Assembly (NCBI GenBank): GCA_007694015.1
Contig: RECO01000152.1
Location: 7,660 to 71,659, forward strand
Length of the DNA stretch: 64,000 nucleotides
Direction: 5' to 3'
Source of the DNA: Geminicoccaceae bacterium
GTDB lineage: Bacteria > Pseudomonadota > Alphaproteobacteria > Geminicoccales > Geminicoccaceae
Positions 27,324 through 36,679 of this stretch are shown here, piece after piece. The notes beneath the pieces were generated by a model. It was given only the letters and a program-made list of their open reading frames with translations. It did not search any database and was not told the origin of the DNA. Each line of letters opens with the position of its first letter. Positions within the stretch are counted from its first letter, which is position 1. Both the position numbers and the translations under genes were made by a program.

Positions 27324-28106
27324 ATGGTGGCGATCCACAATGCGACGAAGGCGAAGCTGGAGGCCGGCGAGATCGCACTGGGTGTGGGCCTTCGCAACGC
27401 GCGCACCGCCGACATCGCCAAGGCGATGAAGACGGCGGGCTTCGATTGGCTGTTCATCGACATGGAACACAACACCATGTCGCTCGACGTGGCGGCGCAG
27501 ATTTCGGTCGCCGCCCAGGACGCCGGCATCACGCCGCTGGTCCGCGTGCCGGGGACGGCACACCACCACGCCACGCGGGCGCTCGACGGCGGGGCGCTCG
27601 GCATCGTCGTGCCGCACGTGGACGACGCCGAAACGGCGGCACGGATGGTGGCAAACGTCCGCTATCCGCCGCTCGGCCATCGCTCGATGACCGGAGCCCT
27701 GCCCCAGGTCGACTTTGAAAGCCACCCCTTCGGCGCCGTCGCCGATGCCATCAACGAGGCCACGCTTTTGGTGCTGATGCTGGAAAGCCCGCAAGCGATC
27801 GACCGGGTCGAGGAGATCGCCGCCGTGCCCGGCTACGACGCACTGCTGATCGGCACCTCGGACCTTTGCATGGAAATGGGGCTGCCGGGGCAAATCGATC
27901 ACCCGGACGTGGTCGAGGCCTATCGCCGGGTGATCGCGGCCTGCAAGAAGCACGGCAAGCACCCAGGCATGGGGGGGGTCTACAACCCGCCCTTGATGCA
28001 TCGCTATTTCGAATTGGGCATGCGCCTGATCCTCGCCGGCTCGGACCACGCGTTCTTGATGGCCGGCGCCAAGGCGCAAGCCGCAGCACTTCGTCCCCAG
28101 CCGTAA
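27324..28106 (+). CDS. HpcH/HpaI family aldolase
   Basis: GFDWLFIDMEHN, PLVRVP, GIVVPHV, YPPLGHRS and LLIGTSDL. The start is chosen at MVAIHNATKAKL (alternative ATG at 27279). Confidence 0.85.
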   Translation: MVAIHNATKAKLEAGEIALGVGLRNARTADIAKAMKTAGFDWLFIDMEHNTMSLDVAAQISVAAQDAGITPLVRVPGTAHHHATRALDGGALGIVVPHVDDAETAARMVANVRYPPLGHRSMTGALPQVDFESHPFGAVADAINEATLLVLMLESPQAIDRVEEIAAVPGYDALLIGTSDLCMEMGLPGQIDHPDVVEAYRRVIAACKKHGKHPGMGGVYNPPLMHRYFELGMRLILAGSDHAFLMAGAKAQAAALRPQP

Positions 28107-28425
28107 CGCCGACCGTCGCGATCCTCTCGATCGGCGCGTGCGGTCTATCCATCGGCGCGTTCCTTCAACGCCGCGAGCGCACCAAGGCGCTCGCGGCCGC
28201 GGCGCGTATCGCTTGATCTCGGCCGCGATAGGGCGGTCCTGGACGCGGCCGATCTGCCGTTGTCGGTCAGCGTCACGAGCGAAGCCATGGCGCTGAGCCG
28301 GCCCGAGCCTGACAGCCGATGCACCGGCTCGTGCCGGACGCCATCCCCAAGGCGTTTTGCTGGGATGGCGAGAGGGAGGGAATCGCCAAATCCTTCGATG
28401 CCGCTGGCATCACCGGCCGCGCCTT

Positions 28426-28541
28426 AGAGCGTTTCCCGAAATGCTTGATCATCCCTCACCCCCGCCCGGCCACCCACGAGTGGGCGATGCCATGGGCGAT
28501 CGGCCGGGGTCGGTGCAGATCAACCGGAGCGGAAAACGCTC
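28426..28541. repeat. long-stem palindromic element, copy 2 (right arm degenerate)
   Basis: The left 57 nt, AGAGCGTTTCCCGAAATGCTTGAtCATCCCTCaCCCCCGCCCGGCCACCCACGAGTG, match 11652-11708 with 2 mismatches. The right arm has diverged and ends ...GGAAAACGCTC. Confidence 0.75.
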
Positions 28542-28619
28542 GAGGTCCGCCGCTCGACGAACGCAGCGAAACGCTCGATGCGGCGTTGCCGCGGTAACGC
28601 CCGAGGCAGCGGCGTTGTA

Positions 28620-30023
28620 TCAACCATCACCGGCGGTCGGCAGCGCGTCGATCTGCGCCCGCACGGCGGCGTAATCGGGGCTCGCCGGGTCGACGCGAGC
28701 CAGCACCTGTTCCCAGGCCGAGCGGGCCTGTTCGATCTCGCCTTGCTGCAGCGCCCGCAAACCCAGATACCAATGGGGCTGCGGATCGCTCGGGTCCAAG
28801 GCGGCAGCCTGGCGGAACAACTCGGCGATACGCGGGGTGACGACGGGGATGCCCATGGTCGTCTCACCGGAAATCAGCAGTGCATCGGCTTCGGCCAAAA
28901 GCACGCGCGGATCGGCCGGTGCCACGCGACGAGCACGGGCGAATGCGGCTTCGCCGGCGGACCGTTCCCCCAGCACCATCTTGGCGCGGCCGAGACGGAG
29001 CCAGCCCTCCAGGTCGTCGGGCGCTTCGGCCAAGCGCGCTTCCAGGTTCGCCACCATGTCCACGATCATCGCGCGCTGGTCGTCGTCGGTGACGCCGCCG
29101 GTCTGCGCCAGCGGCGTGGTCATCTCCGCCGTTGCAACGCGCTCCGGCTTGTAGCGCGGACCTTCGGCCAAGAGGTCGTCGGCGTCGGCGCGCACCCGGC
29201 GCGCCGCAGCGCGGAAGCGGTCCTCCACCAGCGGACGCCAACCCACCTCGGCGTCGGCCACCCAAAGCATCTGCCCCCAAAGTTCGAGCGCTTCCCAATC
29301 GTCGCCTTCCTGGGCCGCCGCGAGCCCCAGATAATAGAGGGCGAGCGGCTGGCCGGGCTGGCGCTCCAGGGCCTCGCGGAAAAGATTGCGTGCAGCCGGT
29401 GTGACGGTGCCCTCGGCCTGGCCGACGAAGGCTTCGCCCAGGGCCGCCCGCAACATGGCGTGTTCCGGAAAGCGCTGCAGGCCCTGCAGGAAGGCTTCGC
29501 CGCCGGCGCGCGGACCCAGCAGCTCGGTGCGCAGCTGGCCAAGTGCCAACCAGAAGCTCGGGTCCCCTGGCGGGGCTTCGGCCGCCATCACCTCAAGTTC
29601 CGCCAGTTCCGCCTGCATGGCAAGCCGGCGTTCCTCCAGCTCGCGCGTGTCGCGCTGCGCGAGCGGTTGGCTCGGCAGGTGCGGCGAGCCAACCTGCTCG
29701 TAGACCCAAAGCGAGCCCGCGACCACGACCAGGCCCACACCCATCGCCATGAACGGCCGGGTCAGGGCGGTCGGCGCGGCCTGCCCCTCCTTGCGCGTCA
29801 CACTCAACAGACGGCGCTGGACCTCCAACCTCGCGGCCGCAGCTTCCGCCGCGTTGATCAGGCCGCGTTCCAGATCGCGATCCACCTCGTCGAGCTGGTC
29901 GCGGTACACGGCCATGGCCTGGGTGCGCGCCTCGACCCCGGCTTTCGGGCGGATCAAAGGCCAAACGACCATGATCGCGACGGTGACGGCAAGCAGGGCG
30001 GCGATGATGGTGAAAGCGGTCAT
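28620..30023 (-). CDS. ccmI: c-type cytochrome biogenesis protein CcmI (CycH)
   Basis: N-terminal TM hairpin MTAFTIIAALLAVTVAIMVVWPLI, TPR-rich periplasmic domain, and position after ccmH. Confidence 0.8.
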   Translation of the reverse strand: MTAFTIIAALLAVTVAIMVVWPLIRPKAGVEARTQAMAVYRDQLDEVDRDLERGLINAAEAAAARLEVQRRLLSVTRKEGQAAPTALTRPFMAMGVGLVVVAGSLWVYEQVGSPHLPSQPLAQRDTRELEERRLAMQAELAELEVMAAEAPPGDPSFWLALGQLRTELLGPRAGGEAFLQGLQRFPEHAMLRAALGEAFVGQAEGTVTPAARNLFREALERQPGQPLALYYLGLAAAQEGDDWEALELWGQMLWVADAEVGWRPLVEDRFRAAARRVRADADDLLAEGPRYKPERVATAEMTTPLAQTGGVTDDDQRAMIVDMVANLEARLAEAPDDLEGWLRLGRAKMVLGERSAGEAAFARARRVAPADPRVLLAEADALLISGETTMGIPVVTPRIAELFRQAAALDPSDPQPHWYLGLRALQQGEIEQARSAWEQVLARVDPASPDYAAVRAQIDALPTAGDG

Positions 30024-30508
30024 GAGCGGCTTCGATCAGCGAGGAGACGGTCGAGCGCGGCCTGCTCTTCGGGACTGAGCGGCGCGGGTGCTGCGGCTTG
30101 GTCGTCGCGGCGGCCGCGAAGGTAGAGCCAAACCCCGATCCCACCGAGCCCGACCAAGATCAGAGGGCTAGCCCAGAGCAACAGCGTCGAGCCACGCACC
30201 GGCGGGCGCAGCCGGACGAAGTCGCCATAACGGGCGACGAGGAAGTCGACGACTTCCGCGTCGCTGTCGCCGGCGACGAGCCGCTCGCGGACCAGCCGCC
30301 GCATGTCGCGGGCGAGCGGGGCGCCGCTGTCGTCGATCGACTCGTTCTGGCAGACCACGCAGCGCAACTCGGCGCTCAGCGCACGGGCACGTGCCTCCAG
30401 GGCCGGATCGTCGAGTATTTCGTCGGGGTTCGGGGCCGCCGTCGCGGCTGTAGCCAAGGCCAGCAACAATGCCGGCAGCAGCGCCCGCAGGAGTTGGCGA
30501 AGGGTCAT
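30020..30508 (-). CDS. ccmH: cytochrome c-type biogenesis protein CcmH (CycL)
   Basis: Internal start MTLRQLLRALLPALLL, and the LRCVVCQNESIDDS motif. Confidence 0.9.
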   Translation of the reverse strand: MTLRQLLRALLPALLLALATAATAAPNPDEILDDPALEARARALSAELRCVVCQNESIDDSGAPLARDMRRLVRERLVAGDSDAEVVDFLVARYGDFVRLRPPVRGSTLLLWASPLILVGLGGIGVWLYLRGRRDDQAAAPAPLSPEEQAALDRLLADRSRS

Positions 30509-31041
30509 CCGCGGAGTTCCCGCAAGAGGGGGAGAAAGACCTGCTCGACGTGCTCCGGCAACACCGGCCCGGCATGGCGGAAGCGGATATGGCCGTCGGC
30601 ATCGACGATGAACGTCTCGGGCACACCGGAAATGCCCAATTCGAGCCCGGCCCGGCCTTCGAAATCGCCACCGATCTTGCGATAGGGATTGCCGAGTTCG
30701 ACCAGGAAAGCAGCCGCCGCCTCCGGCGCGTCCTTGTAGTTGACGCCAATGAGCGGCACCCCGTGCACTTCGGTCAACCGGGTGAGCACCGGATGCTCCA
30801 CCCGGCAGGGCGGACACCACGAGGCGAACACGTTCACCAACATGACCTCGCCATGCAGGTCGGCCGTCTGCCAGCCGGGCAAATCGACGCCCTCGACGGC
30901 TGGCAGGTCCAACGCCGGTAGCGGACGGTCGATCAAGGCCGACGGCAGCGCCGAGGGATCCCGGTCACGCAGGCCGATGGCGAAGGTGAATGCCAGGGCC
31001 GCGACCAACACGGCCGGCAGGACGTAGAGAAGGCGGCGCAT
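30505..31041 (-). CDS. ccmG: thiol:disulfide oxidoreductase CcmG/DsbE
   Basis: Thioredoxin fold with VNVFASWCPPCRVEHP and GVPETFIVD. Confidence 0.9.
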   Translation of the reverse strand: MRRLLYVLPAVLVAALAFTFAIGLRDRDPSALPSALIDRPLPALDLPAVEGVDLPGWQTADLHGEVMLVNVFASWCPPCRVEHPVLTRLTEVHGVPLIGVNYKDAPEAAAAFLVELGNPYRKIGGDFEGRAGLELGISGVPETFIVDADGHIRFRHAGPVLPEHVEQVFLPLLRELRG

Positions 31042-31047
31042 GGCCGG

Positions 31048-33051
31048 TCAGCTCCCGGCCTGCGGCGCTGGCGCCGCCGGTGCCGCCGCGGCCTTCGCCC
31101 GCTTCGGCTCCGGTGCACCCACGCGGAAGCGGCGATCCGCCATCGACACGACCGCGGCCACCGCCATCAGCAACGTTCCGAGCCAAATCCAGACCACCAG
31201 CGGGTTGTGGTAGAGGCGAACCACGTAGAGACCGTCCCCCGTCTGTTCGCCGATCACGACATAGACGTCGCGCCAGAGGTTCGAGGTGATGCCGACTTCG
31301 GTGGTGCTGGTGCCCTCCACCGGGTAGTGGCGGCGATCGCTCGTGAGCGTCGCGATATGGCGACCGTCACGCTCGACCTCGAAGGTGCCTTCGTTGGCGA
31401 TCCAGTTCGGCCCCTGCACGGGGCCGACATGGGCGAGGGTGACGTTGTAGCCGGCGACGCGCTGGCTATCGCCGTAGCCCATCGAGGTGATCACCTCGGT
31501 CTGCCAGGCCGAAGATGCGGTGATGCCGATCACGGTCACGGCGACACCGGTATGCGCCACGGCAGCCGCGTAGGCCGAGCCTGGCAGGCTGACCAATCGG
31601 GCCGGCAGGCGGGCCCAGGACGAACGGCCGATGCCGGCGCGTTGCAGGAGGTCCATCACCGCACCGCCGAACAGCCAGCCCGCGAGCGCAAAGCCGAGGG
31701 CCGTCACGATCGTGGAACGGGGATCGGTGAAGGCCGCCACCAGCGCCAACGCGATCGCGGCGACCGCGGCGAGGCTCATGAGCCGCAACGAGCGGCGCAG
31801 ATCGCCCCGTTTCCAGGCCAACAGCGTGCCGATCGGCAGGATCAACAAAAGCGGCACCATCAGCGGGATGAACGTGGCGTTGAAGAACGGCGGACCGACC
31901 GAGATCTTCTCGCCCGTCACCAGTTCGAGGAACAGCGGGTAGAGCGTGCCCAAGAGCACCACCCCGGTCGCCGCGGCGAGCAGGAGGTTGTTCATGATCA
32001 ACGCACCTTCCCGCGAGATCGGTTGGAACGCGCCACTGGCCCGCATCTGCGGCGCACGCCACGCGAACAGCAACAGGGGCCCCACCAGGGCGACCGCCAG
32101 GATCAAGAGGATGAACATGCCGCGGTCGGGGTCGACGGCGAAGGCATGCACCGAGGTCAACACCCCCGAGCGGACCAGGAACGTGCCCAGGAGGCTGAAC
32201 CCGAAGGTGAAAATGGCAAGCAGGATGGTCCAGCTCTTCAAGCTATCCCGCTTCTCGACGACGATGATCGAGTGCAGGAGTGCCGTGCCCGCCAGCCAAG
32301 GCAGGAACGAAGCGTTCTCCACCGGATCCCAGAACCACCAGCCACCCCAGCCGAGTTCGTAATAGGCCCAATAGGAACCCAGTGCGATGCCGAGTGTCAG
32401 CGACGACCAGGCGATCAGGACCCAGGGCCGGATCCAGCGAGCCCAACTCGGATCGACCCTCCCCTCGATCAAGGCGGCGACGGCAAAGGCGAAGGTAATC
32501 GAGAACCCGACATAGCCGATGTAGAGCATGGGCGGGTGGAACGCGAGGCCCGGGTCCTGCAACAGCGGGTTCAGACCCGTGCCTTCCAACGGTGCCGGAT
32601 CGAGCCGCTCGAACGGGTTCGAGGTGAACAGCGTGAAGGCGATGAAAGCGACGGTGACCATGCCCTGCACGGCCAACACGCGCGCCTTGAAGGTAGCCGG
32701 CATCGACTTGCCGAAGGCGGCGAGGGCGGCACCGAACAGCGTCAGCACCCACACCCAAAGCAGCAGCGAGCCTTCGTGGTTACCCCACGTGCCGGTGATC
32801 TTGTAGAGCATCGGCTTCGAATCGTGGCTGTTCTGGTAGACGTTCAGGATCGAAAAGTCGGACACCATATAGAGGTGCACGAGCGCGCCGAAGGAGAAGG
32901 TGAGCAGGACGAACTGCGCCCAGGCGGCCGAGCTGGCGAGGCCGATCAGGCCGGCGTCGTTACGGGCCGCACCGGCGAGCGGCAGGGTCGATTGGACCAG
33001 CGCGACACCAAAGGCGATGACGAGCGCCAGATGGGCAAGTTCGGGGATCAT
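31048..33051 (-). CDS. ccmF: heme lyase CcmF
   Basis: 667 aa, polytopic, with the WWD motif WGGWWFWDPVENASF. Confidence 0.95.
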   Translation of the reverse strand: MIPELAHLALVIAFGVALVQSTLPLAGAARNDAGLIGLASSAAWAQFVLLTFSFGALVHLYMVSDFSILNVYQNSHDSKPMLYKITGTWGNHEGSLLLWVWVLTLFGAALAAFGKSMPATFKARVLAVQGMVTVAFIAFTLFTSNPFERLDPAPLEGTGLNPLLQDPGLAFHPPMLYIGYVGFSITFAFAVAALIEGRVDPSWARWIRPWVLIAWSSLTLGIALGSYWAYYELGWGGWWFWDPVENASFLPWLAGTALLHSIIVVEKRDSLKSWTILLAIFTFGFSLLGTFLVRSGVLTSVHAFAVDPDRGMFILLILAVALVGPLLLFAWRAPQMRASGAFQPISREGALIMNNLLLAAATGVVLLGTLYPLFLELVTGEKISVGPPFFNATFIPLMVPLLLILPIGTLLAWKRGDLRRSLRLMSLAAVAAIALALVAAFTDPRSTIVTALGFALAGWLFGGAVMDLLQRAGIGRSSWARLPARLVSLPGSAYAAAVAHTGVAVTVIGITASSAWQTEVITSMGYGDSQRVAGYNVTLAHVGPVQGPNWIANEGTFEVERDGRHIATLTSDRRHYPVEGTSTTEVGITSNLWRDVYVVIGEQTGDGLYVVRLYHNPLVVWIWLGTLLMAVAAVVSMADRRFRVGAPEPKRAKAAAAPAAPAPQAGS

Positions 33052-33503
33052 CAGCTACCGGCCTCCTGCAATCGCATCAGGTGATTGGCGCGTTCGAGCG
33101 CTTCGGCGACTTCGGGCGGCATGTAACCCTCGTCGTGCTTGGCGAGCACCTCGCTCGCGTCGAAACGCCCCTCGGGCGAGAGCATGCCGATCGCCACGAT
33201 GCCCTGTCCCTCCCGGAACAGGTCCGGCAGGATCCCGACATAGCGCACCTCGATATCGGCCAACTCATCGGTCAGGTGGAAGCGGACCTCGCCATTGGCA
33301 CCGTGCAGCACGCTACCGTCGACCACGAGCCCACCGAGCCGCAGGCGCTTGCCGGGCTCGACTTGGCCGTTCACCAGCTCCGCCGGCCCGGCGAAGAAGG
33401 CGATGTTTTCCTCCAACGCGGTGAGGATCAATGCCGTCGCCCCGCCAAGCAGCAACAAGGAGAGGCTAACGAGCAAAAAGCGTTGGCGTTTGCGTGTACG
33501 CAC
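33051..33503 (-). CDS. ccmE: heme chaperone CcmE
   Basis: LRLGGLVVDGSV, GILPDLFREGQGIVA and LAKHDEGYMPPEV (heme-binding His). TGATG junction with ccmF. Confidence 0.95.
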   Translation of the reverse strand: MRTRKRQRFLLVSLSLLLLGGATALILTALEENIAFFAGPAELVNGQVEPGKRLRLGGLVVDGSVLHGANGEVRFHLTDELADIEVRYVGILPDLFREGQGIVAIGMLSPEGRFDASEVLAKHDEGYMPPEVAEALERANHLMRLQEAGS

Positions 33504-33534
33504 GTAAATGCTCCGTCGAACGACCGGTGCCCGG

Positions 33535-33717
33535 TCAACCTTCGTCGAGGGCCTCGACCCGCTTGCGCCAGCGCTCCAGCTCCGCTTCGCGCCGACGGCT
33601 GCCCAACCAGCTCAACCCGAACAAGAGGATCAACGCGCCGAAACTCACGGCATAGGCGCTCCATACGAAGGCGCCATAACCACCCATTGCCCAGAAGTCG
33701 ATCACGCCCTGACCCAT
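33535..33717 (-). CDS. ccmD: heme exporter protein CcmD
   Basis: 60 aa with GGYGAFVWSAYAVSFGALILLFGL plus a basic tail. It lies immediately upstream of ccmE. Confidence 0.75.
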   Translation of the reverse strand: MGQGVIDFWAMGGYGAFVWSAYAVSFGALILLFGLSWLGSRRREAELERWRKRVEALDEG

Positions 33718-33883
33718 CTGATCGCTGTTCTCGTCGTGATCAGCTACTTAAGGAGTTGGCCCCGGATCGCAATGCGATCCAGGCGCACATAGACGTTCTG
33801 CCGAACTGCACCTAAAGCCCCGGTTTACGCGCCCAGCCCAGCCGCCCACGCCACGCAACGAGCGCCGCCGTCCCGGATCGAGA

Positions 33884-36676
33884 ATGTCGTCGAGCTTGTC
33901 GCTTCCCCACCTGCCAACGTCTCCTGCCGTGGCCGGCGCCAGCGAGCACGATGCCCTGGGTCTGCGCGAAGCCCTCTCGGCCCTCGCCTTCGATGCACGG
34001 CCCTTGGAGGTCGCCCGGCCCCGGCTGCGAGCCGCCGAGGCCGGGATCCAGCGCGTCTTCGAAAGCGACGGGACCGCGACCGAAGTGGTCTTCAACCGCG
34101 CGCGCACCATCGATGCGCTGCTTGGCGGGCTGTTGGATTGGGCCGACCGTACGCGCTATCCGTTGCCCAATCCCACCCAGGCCGAGGGCTTGGCGGTCGT
34201 GGCCGTCGGCGGCTACGGTCGCGCCGAACTGGCGCCGCACTCCGACGTCGATCTCCTGTTCCTCCACGGCTACAAGCCGAGTGCGCGGATCGAGCAGCTG
34301 GTCGAGACGGTGCTCTATACGCTCTGGGACCTCGGCTTGAAGGTCGGCCATGCGGTCCGCAGCGTCGACGACGCACTGCGCGCCGCGCGCAACGACACCA
34401 CCATCATGACCGCCGCACTCGAAACGCGGCTCATCTGGGGTAACGCCCCCATCTACGACGGCTTTGTGCGTCGTCTCGGCCCCGAGGTCGTGCAAGGTCG
34501 CGAATTGGCCTTTCTCGACGAGAAACTGGCCGAACGGGGGCAACGCCACAGCAAGGCCGGCGACAGTCGGCATCTGCTGGAGCCGAACGTCAAGGAGGGC
34601 GAAGGCGGCCTGCGCGACCTTCAGCTGATCATGTGGCTTGGGCGATGCTTTCACGGTGCTGCGACGGTGGAGGAACTGCTGACGCACGACCTCCTGGACC
34701 GCTCCGGCCTGCGCAGCTATCGCATCGCCGAGCGCTTCCTGTGGGCGGTTCGCTGCCACCTGCACTACCTGACCGGGCGGGACGAAGAGCGGCTCGCCTT
34801 CGATCTGCAGACCGAAGTCGCCCAGCGCATGGGGTTCAAGGCGCGGCACCGGCTGGAGAGCGTCGAGCGCTTCATGAAGCGCTTCCACATCGTCGCCAAG
34901 GACGTCGGCATCCTGACCTCGATCGTCGCCGGGACACTCGACGAACGCAGCCGCAAACGCGCCCGGTTCAATCTCAAGAGCTTCGGCTTCGGCCGCCAGC
35001 GCTTCGCCGGCTTCACGGTCGAGGACGGCAAGATCGCGCCGGACGAGCCGGAGCGTTTCCAACGCCGACCGGCCGACATGCTGGAGCTGTTCGTCATCGC
35101 CGACCGGAACGGCGTGAAGCCGCGCGCCTCCGCCCTGGCGGCGATCCGGCGCAGCCTCAAGCGCGTGACGCCCGAGGTGCGTGACGATGCGACGGCCATC
35201 GCGCACCTCGTCCATCTGATCACGGCCGCGCAGCGCCCGGGCCAGACCCTGGCGGCCATGAACGACGTCGGCGCGCTCGGCCGCTTCGTGCCGGAGTTCG
35301 GCCGCATCGTCGGCCAAATGCAGCACAACCTCTACCATATCTATACGGTGGACGAGCACACGCTGCGGGTCGTCGGCCAGCTCGATGCCATCGCCGATGG
35401 CCAATACGCGGAGGAGTTGCCACTCGCCACCGAGGTGATGCAGCAGATCGTCTCCAAACCGGACCTCTACCTCGCCGCCTTGTTCCACGACATCGGCAAG
35501 GGCCGCCGCGGCAACCACGCCACCGTCGGCGAGCAGATCGCCTACAAGGTCATGACGCGCTGGAAGCTCCCGGCACCCCAGATCGAGACGGTGATGTGGC
35601 TGGTGCGCCACCACCTGTTGATGAGCCAGACCGCCTTCTCGCGCGATCTGGAGGACGCCAAGACCATCCAGGATTTCGTGCAATTGGTGCAGTCGCCCGA
35701 GCGCTTGCGCCTCTTGTTGCTGCTCACGGTCGCCGATATCCGTGGCGTTGGTCCACATGTGTGGAATGGCTGGAAGGCTCAGCTCCTGCGCTCGCTGTTT
35801 CGCGCGGCCGAAAGTGCGATGCTGGCGGGTGACGTCGACGCGGCGCGCCGAGCTGCAGCCGAGGACGCGAAGGGCCGGCTGGCCACGGCCCTTCGCACCG
35901 CTCCCCCCATGGGCTGGGCACAGACCGAGATCGATGCCTATCTCGCCCGCCACGATGCTCGCTATTGGCTCGGCTTCGAGCCGAGCCAGCACGTCGCCCA
36001 CGCCAAGCTGATCGCCGAGGTCGAGGCGGCGGGCGACGTCTCGGGGCTCAACCTGACCGTGGACCTCTTTCGCGACCGCACCGAGTTGACGCTCTACGCG
36101 CCCGATCATCCGGGACTTTTCATGGAAGTCGCCGGGGCCTTGGCGCTGGCCGGAGCGAGCATCGTCGATGCCCACATCTTCACCACCCAAGACAGCATGG
36201 CGCTCGACAGCTTCGGCATCCAGGACGCCGACCGGCAGGGGGCGGTCGACGACCCGCGCCGACTGGCCAAGATCAAGGAGACGGTGGCGGACGCGATCGC
36301 CGGGCGCATCCACCTGGCCAAGGTGCTGGCCGGCCGGCGGCCCAAGCCGTCGCGCAAAGACGTGTTCCAGGTCACCCCGCGCGTCCTGATCGACAACGGT
36401 GCGAGCCGCACCCATACCGTGGTCGAGCTGAATGGCCGCGACCGGCCGGGGCTCTTGTTCGACGTCACCTCGGCCTTGAAGGACCTGGGTCTGGTCGTCT
36501 CCTCGGCCCACATCACCACCTTCGGCGAGCGCGCCGTCGACGTGATCTACTTGAAGGACGTCTTCGGTATGAAGGTGACCTCGCCCGGCAAGCTGCAGAA
36601 GCTGCGGGCCGCCCTCTTGCAGGCGCTCGAGCCCGAGGCACGCATCGGCCACGGTCCCGGCACCAAGGCGGGCTGA
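33884..36676 (+). CDS. glnD: [protein-PII] uridylyltransferase/uridylyl-removing enzyme
   Basis: Nucleotidyltransferase motif GGYGRAELAPHSDVDLLFL, an HD domain (VDEHTLRV...LFHDIGKG), and two C-terminal ACT domains. Confidence 0.95.
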   Translation: MSSSLSLPHLPTSPAVAGASEHDALGLREALSALAFDARPLEVARPRLRAAEAGIQRVFESDGTATEVVFNRARTIDALLGGLLDWADRTRYPLPNPTQAEGLAVVAVGGYGRAELAPHSDVDLLFLHGYKPSARIEQLVETVLYTLWDLGLKVGHAVRSVDDALRAARNDTTIMTAALETRLIWGNAPIYDGFVRRLGPEVVQGRELAFLDEKLAERGQRHSKAGDSRHLLEPNVKEGEGGLRDLQLIMWLGRCFHGAATVEELLTHDLLDRSGLRSYRIAERFLWAVRCHLHYLTGRDEERLAFDLQTEVAQRMGFKARHRLESVERFMKRFHIVAKDVGILTSIVAGTLDERSRKRARFNLKSFGFGRQRFAGFTVEDGKIAPDEPERFQRRPADMLELFVIADRNGVKPRASALAAIRRSLKRVTPEVRDDATAIAHLVHLITAAQRPGQTLAAMNDVGALGRFVPEFGRIVGQMQHNLYHIYTVDEHTLRVVGQLDAIADGQYAEELPLATEVMQQIVSKPDLYLAALFHDIGKGRRGNHATVGEQIAYKVMTRWKLPAPQIETVMWLVRHHLLMSQTAFSRDLEDAKTIQDFVQLVQSPERLRLLLLLTVADIRGVGPHVWNGWKAQLLRSLFRAAESAMLAGDVDAARRAAAEDAKGRLATALRTAPPMGWAQTEIDAYLARHDARYWLGFEPSQHVAHAKLIAEVEAAGDVSGLNLTVDLFRDRTELTLYAPDHPGLFMEVAGALALAGASIVDAHIFTTQDSMALDSFGIQDADRQGAVDDPRRLAKIKETVADAIAGRIHLAKVLAGRRPKPSRKDVFQVTPRVLIDNGASRTHTVVELNGRDRPGLLFDVTSALKDLGLVVSSAHITTFGERAVDVIYLKDVFGMKVTSPGKLQKLRAALLQALEPEARIGHGPGTKAG

Positions 36677-36679
36677 GCC

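Noticed and set aside
28107-28425. 319-nt gap after the aldolase gene that might hide a gene remnant
   Set aside because: I translated several frames by eye on both strands. No frame gave a recognisable motif or a plausible start, so it is left unannotated apart from the adjacent repeat copy.
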